Assembly: GCA_964436045.1 (NCBI GenBank)
Contig: CAYTBN010000026.1
Span: forward strand, 1,559 to 65,558
From: an uncultured Rickettsiales bacterium
GTDB taxonomy: Bacteria; Myxococcota_A; UBA796; UBA9615; CAYRNR01
Direction of reading: 5' to 3'
Length of the DNA: 64,000 nt
Under the pieces are notes generated by a model. It saw only the letters and a program-made list of their open reading frames with translations. It was not told where the DNA came from and ran no database searches. This document shows positions 31,690 through 41,643 of this stretch, in pieces. A program made the translations under genes and the position numbers. Each line of letters begins with the position of its first letter. Positions within the stretch are counted from its first letter, which is position 1.

Positions 31690-32697
31690 GTGACCCAGGC
31701 CCCTTCCTTCGCCCCCGTCGCCGGCCGCTGGGGGAGCTACCTGTTCCCCGCCCTGGGGCTGGCGTTCTGCGCCGCCAACTCGCTGGGCGCCGAGATCGCC
31801 TGCGTCACCACGGGCTGCACGGTGTATGCCGAGTACACCTTCGGGGGGCTCTCGTTCTGGGTCTGGGGCACCGTTGCCTTCGCGGGACTGCTGCTTTGCG
31901 CACCGCTGGACCGCTGGCGCTCCGGCATCTTCCTGGCCGCAACCAGCGCCGTGCTGCTGGCCGATCTGGGATTCCTGGTGTGGCAGATCGTCTTCCTCCC
32001 CTGCACCAGCTGCATGGTGGCCGCACTGCTGATCGGCCTGTCCCAGGTGTCGGCGATCCTGGCCGGTGGAGCGCCGTCACCGCCCCGGCCCCTGTTCCGC
32101 CGACTGGCGTGGGCCTGCCTGCTGGCCTGGACCGGCCTGATGCTGGTCGACGGGGTCGACGCCGTGCGGGAGCGGGCGCGGCCGTGGCCGATCTACGGCG
32201 ATCCGGACACCGCTCACTACGCGATCTGGTTCTCGCTGAACTGCCCCAACTGCCGCGAGACGATGCAGACCATCCTCGAGGCCCCGGGGATGATGGACGA
32301 CGTTGTCCTCTACCCCCTGGCCAAGGACGCGGACGACCTCGAACGCTTCTTCGTGATGTTCTGCGGCCTGCGCCACGACCGGGAGCTCGGGGATGTCCTC
32401 GACGAGAGCTGGGAGACCGAGTCGTGCGACGTGGACGAACTGGACCTGACCCGCGGTGAGGCAGCCACCCTCCGGCTGCGCCTGGCGTGGAACAAGGCCC
32501 TGCTGGTGCGCCGCGGCCACCGCGTCGTGCCCGTTCTGGAGTCCAGCCGGTTGATCGTCGTGGACGAATCGACCTGCGACACGGGCCAGGTGGCGCTGGA
32601 CGTGGGCGGCGACGTGCCCCCCTGGGTGAACGACGACGATCCCGCCGACGCGGAGCTGTGCGGCGACGATCTCCCCCAGGGATGTTCGATCGAGTAG
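31690..32697 (+). CDS. Vitamin K epoxide reductase (VKOR)-like membrane domain fused to thioredoxin/DsbA-like domain (disulfide bond formation)
   Basis: GTG start. It has loop cysteines CVTTGC, membrane CxxC 'CTSC' (FLPCTSCMVAALLIG), 4-5 TM helices, and a C-terminal soluble domain with 'FSLNCPNCRET' (CxxC). Confidence 0.6.
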   Translation: MTQAPSFAPVAGRWGSYLFPALGLAFCAANSLGAEIACVTTGCTVYAEYTFGGLSFWVWGTVAFAGLLLCAPLDRWRSGIFLAATSAVLLADLGFLVWQIVFLPCTSCMVAALLIGLSQVSAILAGGAPSPPRPLFRRLAWACLLAWTGLMLVDGVDAVRERARPWPIYGDPDTAHYAIWFSLNCPNCRETMQTILEAPGMMDDVVLYPLAKDADDLERFFVMFCGLRHDRELGDVLDESWETESCDVDELDLTRGEAATLRLRLAWNKALLVRRGHRVVPVLESSRLIVVDESTCDTGQVALDVGGDVPPWVNDDDPADAELCGDDLPQGCSIE

Positions 32698-32706
32698 CGC
32701 GACACC

Positions 32707-33420
32707 CTACTGCAAGAAGCGGTAGAGCCAGTCCTCGGGTTCGAGGGTGATCGAAGAGGCTGGCAGCAGCAGCCGGGAACTCCCCGCCCGCTTGGGCCGG
32801 ACGATCACCGGAGCCTCGATCCCCCGCTGCTGGAACCACTGGCGCAGGCGAGCCCACAGCCGGTTGATATCGCCGTGCTCCTGCTGCTTCTTGTCCCCTC
32901 GCCAGACGATGGACCGCAGGTCGGCGTCGGGCACCGGTCCCCGCCGGTCCCGGTGGTAGACCGCGAGTACGGACAGGGCCAGCCCCAGCTGGTAGGGGAT
33001 GGTGTCCCGGATTCCGATGCCCTTGTTCTGGTAGTCGACCACGAACAGGTCGGGGTGCAGCTCGATCTTGAGCACCGTGCTGTCGGGGCGCGCCACCGTG
33101 GTGGCCGCCTCCATCGGCGGGGGGGTCATCGCCGCGATGTTCAGCTCCATCACCTCGCCGATGGTGATCACGTCCCCCACGTGCAGGGCCTGGCCCGATG
33201 CACCGACGCCCCGCCCGTTGACCAGCGTCCCGTTCTGGGAGCCCAGGTCCCACAATCGATAGCCGGGGCCGTCGGGGATGATCTCCATGTGACGGCGGCT
33301 GACGAAGCTCTTGTCGAGGACCAGATCGGCCCATTCGGGATCCCGGCCCACACGGAGGCCGTGTTGCGCCGCGACCTCGTCCCCCTCGAGCCTGATGACG
33401 ATCATCGCTCCCTTCCCCAT
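32707..33420 (-). CDS. FHA-domain protein
   Basis: Canonical FHA motif 'GRDPEWADLVLDKSFVSRRHMEIIPDGPGYRLWDLGSQNGTLVNG', plus a ~120 aa C-terminal domain of unknown function. It lies immediately downstream of the PEGA Ser/Thr kinase. Confidence 0.7.
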   Translation of the reverse strand: MGKGAMIVIRLEGDEVAAQHGLRVGRDPEWADLVLDKSFVSRRHMEIIPDGPGYRLWDLGSQNGTLVNGRGVGASGQALHVGDVITIGEVMELNIAAMTPPPMEAATTVARPDSTVLKIELHPDLFVVDYQNKGIGIRDTIPYQLGLALSVLAVYHRDRRGPVPDADLRSIVWRGDKKQQEHGDINRLWARLRQWFQQRGIEAPVIVRPKRAGSSRLLLPASSITLEPEDWLYRFLQ

Positions 33421-33513
33421 CCGGAAAACGCACCGCTGGTCAGCGGCGCAGAACGATTCTGCCAGGTTTCGATGCGGGAACCAAGGACGAGGGCGGCGGC
33501 CCGGTAGAGGCCG

Positions 33514-35355
33514 TCAGCGGGCGGCGGGACTGAGCCGGATGTCGCGGTTGGGGCCGGCGGAGAGGGCCACGGTCTGCTGGCGGTACCAGCCCAGATCGTT
33601 GCTGATGAACTCGAACTCGTGCTTGCCCACCTGTAGCGACAGCAGGTGGATCGGCGTCTTGCCGATGAAGTGCCCGCCGACCCAGACGTCCACCGGGTCT
33701 CCCGAGTAGATGGCGATGGTCCCCATGACCGGGGGTGGCCTTGGAGTGGCTTCCTCCTCCGCTGCGCCGCGGGGCCGGTTCTTGCGGGCCTTCTCCTCCT
33801 CCTCCTGGATGGTGATCGGCACCAGGTCGGGGAGACTCACGATGCGGGGGAAAGCCCCCTCTGCCGCAGCGGTCGCCGGATCCACGGGCGTCACGACGGC
33901 GCCGTCACCGCCCGCGTCCTCGATCACGATCTCGCTGCCGGACGGTTCCGCGGGCTGGGTCGGCGAGCGCTCCTCGGAGGTCCGGGCGGGCTCGGCTGTC
34001 GCCGGGCCGCCCAATCGCTCGGCGTGCCGAAGCGCGAACAGCAGCACGCTGACCACCGCCAACCCCGCCGCCAGGATCAGCATGACCGTGGTCAGGGAGC
34101 GCCGGCCGGGCACCGGAGCGTCCGCCGCTGTCGGGGCCCGGGGCTCGCCGCTGCGGAGCGCCGGATTCGACGGCTGGGACGGCTGGACGAGGGCATCGAC
34201 GGGAAGCGCCCGCGGATGACGGCGGGGGAGCGGCGCAGGGGGAACCGACCATTCCGTGCCCTGCGGGCGCTGGCCGGGCGCGTGGAAGGCCGCTCCCTGG
34301 GACTGGCCGGGATGAGGCTTCGCCCCCTCGACCCGCGCCACCGGGACCTGCAGCCGCCGCGCCGACGGGGGTGCCATCCGCTCCAGGGTGTCGCCCTCGT
34401 CCTGGTCGCCCCCGGGCGCCTGCTCCATGTTCAGCAGGGCGTCCACGAATCGCAGCGCCAGCTTCCCCGGTGGCTCGGTGCCCGTGTGATGCAGGAACTT
34501 GTTGAGCACCAGAAGCAGCTCCTGGGGGTGGTCGTAGCGCTGGTCCACGTCCTTGATCAGGCAGCGCTCGAGGGCTTCGACCAGGGCCGGATGGGTGTCG
34601 GGCCGGACCACGTACAGGGGGATCGGATCGACGTTGAGCACCATGTTGAAGGTCTCGAAGTCCGACGTGCCCTGGAACGCGCGTTTGCCCGACAGAAGTT
34701 CGTATGCGACCGCGCCGAGGGCGTAGAGGTCGGAGCGGATGTCCAGGTCCTCGTTGAGGATCTGCTCCGGGGACATGTACGCGTACTTGCCCACCAGGTG
34801 CCCCGTCTCGGTGCGGGACGCCGAGAACGCGGTGCGGGCCACACCGAAGTCGATGAGCTTGGGTAGCGCTTCCTCGGAGACCAGGATGTTCGACGGGCTG
34901 ATGTCCCGGTGCACCAGGCTCAGATTGCGGCCGTCCTCGGTGGTGGCGTCGGCCATGTAGGCCAGGGCCGACGCGATACCCGCGATGAAGTAGGCCGCGA
35001 CCTCCTGGGGGATGCCGCCCTTGATCCGCCGGGCGCGGGCGATGACGTTTGCCAGGTTCAGCCCGACGATCTCCTCCATCAGCATGTAGTGGTGGCCTTC
35101 CACCTCCCGGTAGTCGAGCACCCTGGCGATGTTCTTGTGGTGCAACCGCAGACCCAGGTCCGCCTCGTCGCGGAACCGCCCCACCAGGATCGAGTCCTCG
35201 TTGTACTGGGGCAGCATGTGCTTGACGACCACGCGCATGGTCTCGCCGCCGGGGAGCCTCTTCTGCCCCCGGAACAGCTCGGCCATGCCGCCCATGGCGA
35301 AGCGCTCGGGGGATTCCACCCCCAGCTGGTCCGGAAGCGATACGACGACGACCAC
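33514..35355 (-). CDS. Ser/Thr protein kinase with TM segment and C-terminal PEGA domain
   Basis: Kinase motifs GGMAELFRG, VVKHM (Lys), HRDISPSNILV, IDFGVAR and YMSPEQ. There is a Pro-rich linker, TM helix TVMLILAAGLAVVSVLLFAL, and PEGA-like 'GTIAIYSGDPVDVWVGGHFIGKTPIHLLSLQVGKHEFEF'. The start codon is uncertain (GTG 35355 chosen). Confidence 0.8.
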   Translation of the reverse strand: MVVVVSLPDQLGVESPERFAMGGMAELFRGQKRLPGGETMRVVVKHMLPQYNEDSILVGRFRDEADLGLRLHHKNIARVLDYREVEGHHYMLMEEIVGLNLANVIARARRIKGGIPQEVAAYFIAGIASALAYMADATTEDGRNLSLVHRDISPSNILVSEEALPKLIDFGVARTAFSASRTETGHLVGKYAYMSPEQILNEDLDIRSDLYALGAVAYELLSGKRAFQGTSDFETFNMVLNVDPIPLYVVRPDTHPALVEALERCLIKDVDQRYDHPQELLLVLNKFLHHTGTEPPGKLALRFVDALLNMEQAPGGDQDEGDTLERMAPPSARRLQVPVARVEGAKPHPGQSQGAAFHAPGQRPQGTEWSVPPAPLPRRHPRALPVDALVQPSQPSNPALRSGEPRAPTAADAPVPGRRSLTTVMLILAAGLAVVSVLLFALRHAERLGGPATAEPARTSEERSPTQPAEPSGSEIVIEDAGGDGAVVTPVDPATAAAEGAFPRIVSLPDLVPITIQEEEEKARKNRPRGAAEEEATPRPPPVMGTIAIYSGDPVDVWVGGHFIGKTPIHLLSLQVGKHEFEFISNDLGWYRQQTVALSAGPNRDIRLSPAAR

Positions 35356-35521
35356 GTGGTTACCTGCCTGGCTCGGTTCCCAGGTTCGATGTTACAGGCG
35401 GACGCCGATGGTGACCAACGGGGCACATTCGCCGATTTTTTCCGTCGAGCCGGAATACCCGCGCCCGCGCACCGTAACTGGGCGCGAACACACGGTCGGA
35501 CGACGACCGGAGGAGGAAAAG

Positions 35522-35890
35522 ATGAATCACCTGCGAAACCTCCAGCTGGTCAACTACTTCACCGCCGCCTTCTATGCCGCGCTGGGCATCGTCCTCGCCC
35601 CCCTGACCGTCGGCCTACTGCACCTGTTCGGCGCCGAGATCCGCCCCGGCGAGGTGGCGGGCCTCTACGGTGGGCTGGCGCTGGGCACGGCGATCTGCCT
35701 GGGCCTGGCGGCGTTCGCGTTCACCATGGGCCGCCGGATTGCCCGCGGCTCCTGGCGCTGGCCCCAGACCATCTATGCCGTGATCTCGGCGGCCAACAAT
35801 CCCCCCATCGGGATGGTCTATGCGGCCTACGCCATGTGGGTCTGCTGGGCCAACCCCGAGACCCGGGGAGCCTTCGAGCGCGCCGCCTGA
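35522..35890 (+). CDS. Small membrane protein, hypothetical
   Basis: The internal ATG of ORF 35129..35890 is at 35522, with GGAGGAGGAAAAG RBS. 122 aa with 3 TM helices. Confidence 0.45.
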   Translation: MNHLRNLQLVNYFTAAFYAALGIVLAPLTVGLLHLFGAEIRPGEVAGLYGGLALGTAICLGLAAFAFTMGRRIARGSWRWPQTIYAVISAANNPPIGMVYAAYAMWVCWANPETRGAFERAA

Positions 35891-35904
35891 TCCCGCGCCC
35901 TCGC

Positions 35905-36784
35905 CTACGAGGAGCCCAACGCCCGCGCCGCCCGCACCACGCCGTCTCGCCAGCCATCCAGCGCCGCCAGCCCCAGGGCCAATCGGAAACAGTCCTGGGC
36001 CCCGTCCGCCTCCCCCCGCAGGGTGTGCATCAATCCACGGTTCAGCGCAGCCCGGGCACGCAGGACCGGCGGCAACTCCTGATCGCCGGTCAACTCATCG
36101 AGCAGCTCGGCCGCCCGGCGACGGTCCCCGCGTTCCAGCAACAGAGCGGCCCAGCCCAGCCCGGCCCGGGCGGCCAGATGCGGAAGACCCTCGGCGCGTG
36201 CGGCGGTGCCGACCTGATCGAACAGCTTGCGGGCCAACCCCTTGGGCCCGGTGCGGGCGAGGGTCTCGGCGATGCGAGACTCCAGCGACAGCCGCGGCCG
36301 CGGGCGCCCCACCGCGGACCAGGGTGTCGATGGCCTGCCCGGGCATCCCCAGCGCCACGAAGCGCTCCGCCGCCTGCTCGTAGAACCCCGCCTTGGCCAG
36401 CCACTCGGCGGCCCGGGTCGGTTCGTCGATCAGCTCCAGCAGCTCGGCCGCTTTGCCCGGATTCCCCGCCTTGCCGTGGTAGTGCACCGCCCAGCGAATC
36501 GCCTTCTTCTGATCGGCGACGGCCTTGCCCCGCTCCTGGAGCCGCACGGCCGACTTCTCGGCCACCGCCGCCGCCCGGGCGTACTCCCCGGCCTTTGCAT
36601 ACGCCGCCCCCGCCTCCTCGTGCCGCCCCAGCACCTCGAGCACCCGCCCCAGATCGCCCCAGCACTCCCCCTTCCCGTAGGCCAGCGCCGCCTGCTTGGG
36701 ATTCCCCCGCGACTCGAACGCCAGCCCCGCCTCCCGGTACTTTCCAGCGGCGAGCAGGGCTTTGGCTTCTCGGGTGGTGGTCAA
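35905..36784 (-). CDS. TPR-repeat protein with apparent frameshift at a C4/G4 run (~36307-36310)
   Basis: ORF 36095..36784 reads TPR-like helices up to '…AIDTLVRGG'. ORF 35905..36312 continues in another frame as 'RPRLSLESRIAETLARTGPKGLARKLFDQ…'. Removing one G joins them seamlessly. Confidence 0.5.
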
Positions 36785-36851
36785 CGGCGTCCCCTGTTCG
36801 GGGGATTCTAGCGGGGATCGGCGGGGACGGACAGCGGCAGAGGGCCCGGTG

Positions 36852-37730
36852 TCAGGGCGCGGCGAACGTGTACAAGGCGTCCAGATCCTCGAGCGCCAAC
36901 GCCTGCCGCAGCAGGTCCGCGCTGCCCGGGAAGGCCGCCTCGGCCTCGTCGAGCGGCTGCACCAGATCCGCTTCCAGGATCTTGTGCATCAGGGAGATCA
37001 AGGAGTCGGCCGAGAACAGTCCGCGCCCGGTGATCACCTCGAAGAGCACGACCCCGAGCGAGAAGACGTCGGATCGCACGGTCAGCTCCCCCTGTCCGGT
37101 GATCTGTTCGGGGGACATGTAGCGCGGCGTGCCCTTGACGAAGCCCTCGGTGGTGGTCTTGTAGAGGTTGGACGCCGCCTTGGCGATCCCGAAGTCGCAG
37201 ATCTTCGCCGTCCCCTCCCGGTCGACCATGACGTTCGACGGCTTCATGTCCCGGTGGATCAGCTCCAGCCGCTGGCCGCCTGGATCCCGGAAGCTGTGTG
37301 CGTAGTGCAACCCTCGACAGACCTGCATCGCCAGGTCCACTACGGCAAAACGAGGCAACAGAACCCGGCGCTTGCTGCACAGCCGCATGATCCCATCCAG
37401 GGTGGCGCCGTCGACGAACTCCATCGCCAGATAGTAGTGGGGGCCCTCCTGGCCGAACTCGAAGATGTCGACGATGTTGGCGTGGTGCAGCAGGCCGCCG
37501 ATACGGGCCTCGTTGATCATCGACTGGACGAACTTGGGATCGTCCTGGACCACTGTCGGCCGGATGCGCTTGATCGCAACCCGCTTGGCAAACCCCATCG
37601 GCCCTGGCAGCAGCGCTTCGTAGACGCTACCGAACGCGCCCTCACCGATCTTGCGGACGATGCGGTACTTGCCGAACTGGGCCCCCGTCGCCCCCCGATC
37701 GCCGTCACCGATGGTCCCGTCCATGACCAA
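36852..37730 (-). CDS. Ser/Thr protein kinase (kinase domain only, 292 aa)
   Basis: Motifs GEGAFGSVY, AIKRI, HRDMKPSNVMV, CDFGIAK and YMSPEQ. There is a 3-nt gap to the upstream pilT stop. Confidence 0.8.
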   Translation of the reverse strand: MVMDGTIGDGDRGATGAQFGKYRIVRKIGEGAFGSVYEALLPGPMGFAKRVAIKRIRPTVVQDDPKFVQSMINEARIGGLLHHANIVDIFEFGQEGPHYYLAMEFVDGATLDGIMRLCSKRRVLLPRFAVVDLAMQVCRGLHYAHSFRDPGGQRLELIHRDMKPSNVMVDREGTAKICDFGIAKAASNLYKTTTEGFVKGTPRYMSPEQITGQGELTVRSDVFSLGVVLFEVITGRGLFSADSLISLMHKILEADLVQPLDEAEAAFPGSADLLRQALALEDLDALYTFAAP

Positions 37731-37733
37731 GCC

Positions 37734-38795
37734 CTACCGCACGAACTCGTCGAAGGCGGCCTTGTCCTCGGCGTGGGAGCGGGCCTCCTCGGGGGTGATC
37801 CGGCCGCGGTGCATCAGCCGCGTCAGGCACTGGTCCATGGTCTCCATGCCCGTGGTGCGGGTGTCGGCGGTCTGGACCAGGGAGCGGAGCTGGTGGGTCT
37901 TGCCCTCGCGGATCTGATTGGAGACCGCGAAGGACCAGGTGAGCATCTCCACCGCGGCGACACGGCTGAGGCCGTCGACGGTCTTGCACAGCCGCTGGGA
38001 GACGACGCCCTTGAGGGACATGGAGAGCATGCCGCGGATCTGATCCTGCTGCTCCTCGGCGTACGAGTCGATGATGCGGTCCACGCTCCGGGCCGCCGAG
38101 TTGGTGTGCAGGGTGCCGAACACCAGGGTACCGGTGGCTGCCAGGGTGATGGCTAGCGAGATGGTCTCGTTGTCGCGCAGCTCGCCGACCAGGACCACGT
38201 CCGGCGACTCGCGGAACGAGGCCCGCAGGGCGGCGGCGAAGGTGTCGACGTCGCGGCCCACCTGGCGCTGGGAGACCACCGAGGCGACCGGGTTGTAGAC
38301 GAACTCGATGGGGTCCTCGATGGTCAGGATGTGCTTGCGGTGGCGGTGGTTGATGGCGTTGACGATGGCCGCCAGGGTGGTCGATTTGCCGCAACCGGTG
38401 GGGCCGGTGACCAGCACCAGCCCCGACTCCAGGTCGACGAACCGCTCCAGAGACGATGGCAGCTTGAGCTCCTCGAGGGTCGGCGGCCGGTCCGGGATGA
38501 CGCGGAAAGCGGCGGCCAGGCCCTCGGACTGGGCGTAGAGATTGACCCGGAAGCGGCCCACATCGGGCAGTTCGTAGGCGAAGTCCAGGTCCTGGGCCTC
38601 TTCGAACTCGGCACGTTGCTCGTCGGTCAGGATCTCGTGGATGAAGCGCCGGGTCTCGTGGGCGGAGAGCTGGCGGAACTTCACGTGGATCAGGTCGCCG
38701 TTGTAGCGGATCACCGGGCGGCTGCCAGCGCAGAAGTGCAGGTCGGACGCCTTCTGCTCGACCACCAGCCTCAGGAAACTGTCGATGCGCGCCAT
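37734..38795 (-). CDS. pilT: Type IV pilus retraction-type ATPase PilT family
   Basis: Walker A GPTGCGKSTTLAA, Walker B DVVLVGELRD, His-box TLHTNSAA, and PilT N-terminal 'ASDLHFCAGSRPVIRYNGDL…RFRVNLYAQ'. 353 aa. Confidence 0.85.
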   Translation of the reverse strand: MARIDSFLRLVVEQKASDLHFCAGSRPVIRYNGDLIHVKFRQLSAHETRRFIHEILTDEQRAEFEEAQDLDFAYELPDVGRFRVNLYAQSEGLAAAFRVIPDRPPTLEELKLPSSLERFVDLESGLVLVTGPTGCGKSTTLAAIVNAINHRHRKHILTIEDPIEFVYNPVASVVSQRQVGRDVDTFAAALRASFRESPDVVLVGELRDNETISLAITLAATGTLVFGTLHTNSAARSVDRIIDSYAEEQQDQIRGMLSMSLKGVVSQRLCKTVDGLSRVAAVEMLTWSFAVSNQIREGKTHQLRSLVQTADTRTTGMETMDQCLTRLMHRGRITPEEARSHAEDKAAFDEFVR

Positions 38796-38798
38796 GAC

Positions 38799-41574
38799 CT
38801 AGCTCCCGGGCGCCGATGGCACCCCGTCTCCCTCGCCCTCTTCCTCGAAGAAGTGGGCGAACAGCTTCTTGTCGGTCGCCTTGGCGTACGCCTCCTCCGG
38901 TGCGATCACGCCCTTGCTGGCCAGCCCCAGCATCTCGCGGTCCATCAGCCGCATGCCCAGCTCGTAACTGGTGGTGATCGAGCCGGGGATCTGGTGGGTC
39001 TTGCCGTTGCGGATCATGTTGGCGATGGCGTGGTTGTTCAGCATCAACTCCACCGCCAGCACCCGGCCCTCGCCGTCGGCGCGGGGCAGCAGCTGTTGAC
39101 AGAGCACACCCCGCAGGCTCTCGGCGATCATCACCCGGATCTGCGGTTGCTGGTGCGCCGGGAAGGCGTCGAGGATGCGGTCGATGGTGGCCGCGGCGCT
39201 GATGGTGTGCAGGGTGCCGAAGACCAGGTGGCCGGTCTCGGCCGCGGTCACGGCGAAGCCGATGGTCTCCTTGTCCCGCAACTCGCCCACGAGGATGACA
39301 TCCGGGTCCTCGCGCAACACGCCGCGCAGGGCGGTCAGATAGTCCCGGGCGTGGGTGCCGATCTCCCGCTGGTTGACCAGCGCCAGCCGCTCCTTGGAAT
39401 GTACAAACTCGATGGGGTCTTCGAGGGTGATGATGTGCTGGGCATGTTCCCGGTTGATGTGATCGATCAGGGTGGTCAGGGTGGTCGACTTGCCCGACGC
39501 CGACGGTCCGGCGATCAGCACCAGTCCCGACTCGTACTCGGTGAACTCCAGCACGCTGTCGGGCAGGGCGAGCTTCTCGAAGGGAAAGATCTCGTCGGCG
39601 ATGACGCGGAACACCACGTTCACGCCGCCGTGCTGCTGGTAGACGTTGACCCGGAATCGATAGTGCTCGTTGCGGCTCTCGTACGAGGTGTCCACGTCCC
39701 GCTTGGTGTGGAACTCCTCGAGCTTCCGACAGGACGGCCTCGCCCAGCCGGCGGGTCTCCTCGGGGGTCAGCGCCCGCTCGTGCAGGGGCTGGATCGCCC
39801 CCATCACCTTCATCACCGGCTGGCCGCCAGCGACGATGTACACGTCGGTGGCGCCGCGGTTCTTGGCCGTCTCCAGCAGCTGGTCGATGAAGGACTGGGA
39901 GGCCGCCACCTGCTGATCGACCCGCGAGCCGTCGATCTCGACCCGCATCGCCGACAGGATTCGCAACGCCGCCTCGCGGACGGGCTTGTCCACGTCCTCG
40001 GCGAGCGGGCGCACCTCCTCGACGATCTCGGAGGAGCCGATCCCCTCCAGCGCCCGCAGCACCTCCAGCCGGAACTCCTGGGTGCCTCCCTTGAGAAGCT
40101 GGCCCAGGTAGGGCACCGCCCGGGGATCCCCCAGCCGTCCGAGGGCCTCGACGCAGACCCAGTGCAGTTCGCGCTGGGTCAACAGGTTGACCAGCACCGG
40201 GGTCGCCCGCTGATCGCCCATCTCGCCAAGGGCCTCGATGGCCCGCTCCTGGACCCACCAGTCGCCGTCCTCCTTGGCCGCCACGGCCAGCCGCGGCACG
40301 GAGCGGACGTCCTGTAGCCGGATCAGCACCTCGACGGCATACCGCCGAACGATGTCCGACGGATCGTCGAGCAGCTCGACCACGTGCTCGGTCATCTTGG
40401 CGCCGGCGATGTTGACCAGCACCTCGGTGGCGCGCTCCCGGACCCACCAGTCCTCGTCCCGCAGGTGCCGCACCAGCCGCCGCCACAGCTTGCCTTCGCG
40501 ATCGCCGATGTCGTTGATGATCTCGATGACCGCCCGGCGCACCTGGACGTCCGAGCTGTTCATCATCAGCACCAGCATCCGCGCCAGATCGACCTTGCCC
40601 GAGCGCCCCAGAGTCGACAGTCCCTCGCCGGCCTTGTTGCGCAGCGCCAGGATCTCGGACTCCAGCAGGCGGACCAGGTCGGACACGACCGCGTCGGTGC
40701 CGATGGCCACCAGTCCGTCCACGCAGGCGGTCTGGATCTCGATGTTGTCGATGCGCGACACGTTTCCGATGGTCTCGATGGCCTCGGGGCTGGCGATGCC
40801 CGCCAGCGCGGCGACCGCGGCGCGGGCCACCCAGCGGTTCTCGTCCCAGACCAGCTCGGTGATCGGACCGATCGCGGACTCGTCCTGCCAGTGTCCCAGG
40901 CCACCCGCTGCGCGCCCCCGGACCCTGGGATCCTCGTGGGACAACAGCCCGCGCAGCGCCTGGCAGGCCTCCGTGCGGGCGGCCTTCATGTAGCGCTCGT
41001 CCGCGAGCAGTTGCGCGATCCGTGTCCGCTCCTCGCGCGTACACGCCGGCAACATCTTCATCAGCACGGGGATCGCGTAGTGGCCCGCCACCTCGACCAG
41101 GGTGTGCATCGCCTCCAGGCGGCTGGGCCACGCCTCCGTGGCGGTCTCGTCGATCCGCGCGAGCAGGGTCTTGCCGCCGACGCGGCTCAGCACCCGATCG
41201 GCGAACGCCCGCTTGTGGGGATCGGCGTCGGCCAGCAGGGGGAACAGCTGCAGGTGCCAGCGAGCGTCCTTGCGCAGGCCGACCAGCACCTCGGCCAGCA
41301 GCCGCAGGGCGCGCTCGTCGGCCTGGCTCGCCAGCGCGATCAGATCGCTGGCGAGGGCGGCGTCGGTGCGGGTCGCCGCCAGATCGCGCAGCACCTTTTC
41401 GGTGGCGCCCCGCTGGCCGTGTGTCAGCCTGGCGCCGCGCTGGACCATCACCTCGAACAGCTGGCGCAGGCCGCTGTCGGAGATGTCCTGGTTGGCGCGG
41501 ACGTAGCCGTCCAGCTCCTCGGGTGAACTCCACGCCGCCTTCTTGAAGACGGCGGCGTGATTGCGGCTCGGCAT
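38799..41574 (-). CDS. HEAT-repeat domain fused to PilT-like secretion ATPase (~925 aa), with apparent 1-nt indel (~39724-39728)
   Basis: ORF 37705..41574 is protein-like for ~610 aa: HEAT-like repeats, then the PilT N-domain 'ASQSFIDQLLETAKNRGATDVYIVAGGQPVMKVMGAIQPLHERALTPEETRRLGEAVLS'. It then goes off-frame. The +1 frame continues 'KLEEFHTKRDVDTSYESRNEHYRFRVNVYQ…GPSASGKSTTL…DVILVGELRD…' (ORF 38799..39695). ATG at 41574. Confidence 0.6.
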
Positions 41575-41643
41575 GTGCGTCCCCGGCGACTCGTTACCGA
41601 TGGCCGATCAGTCAAGCAGCGATTGAGCGTAGAATTACCCCCC

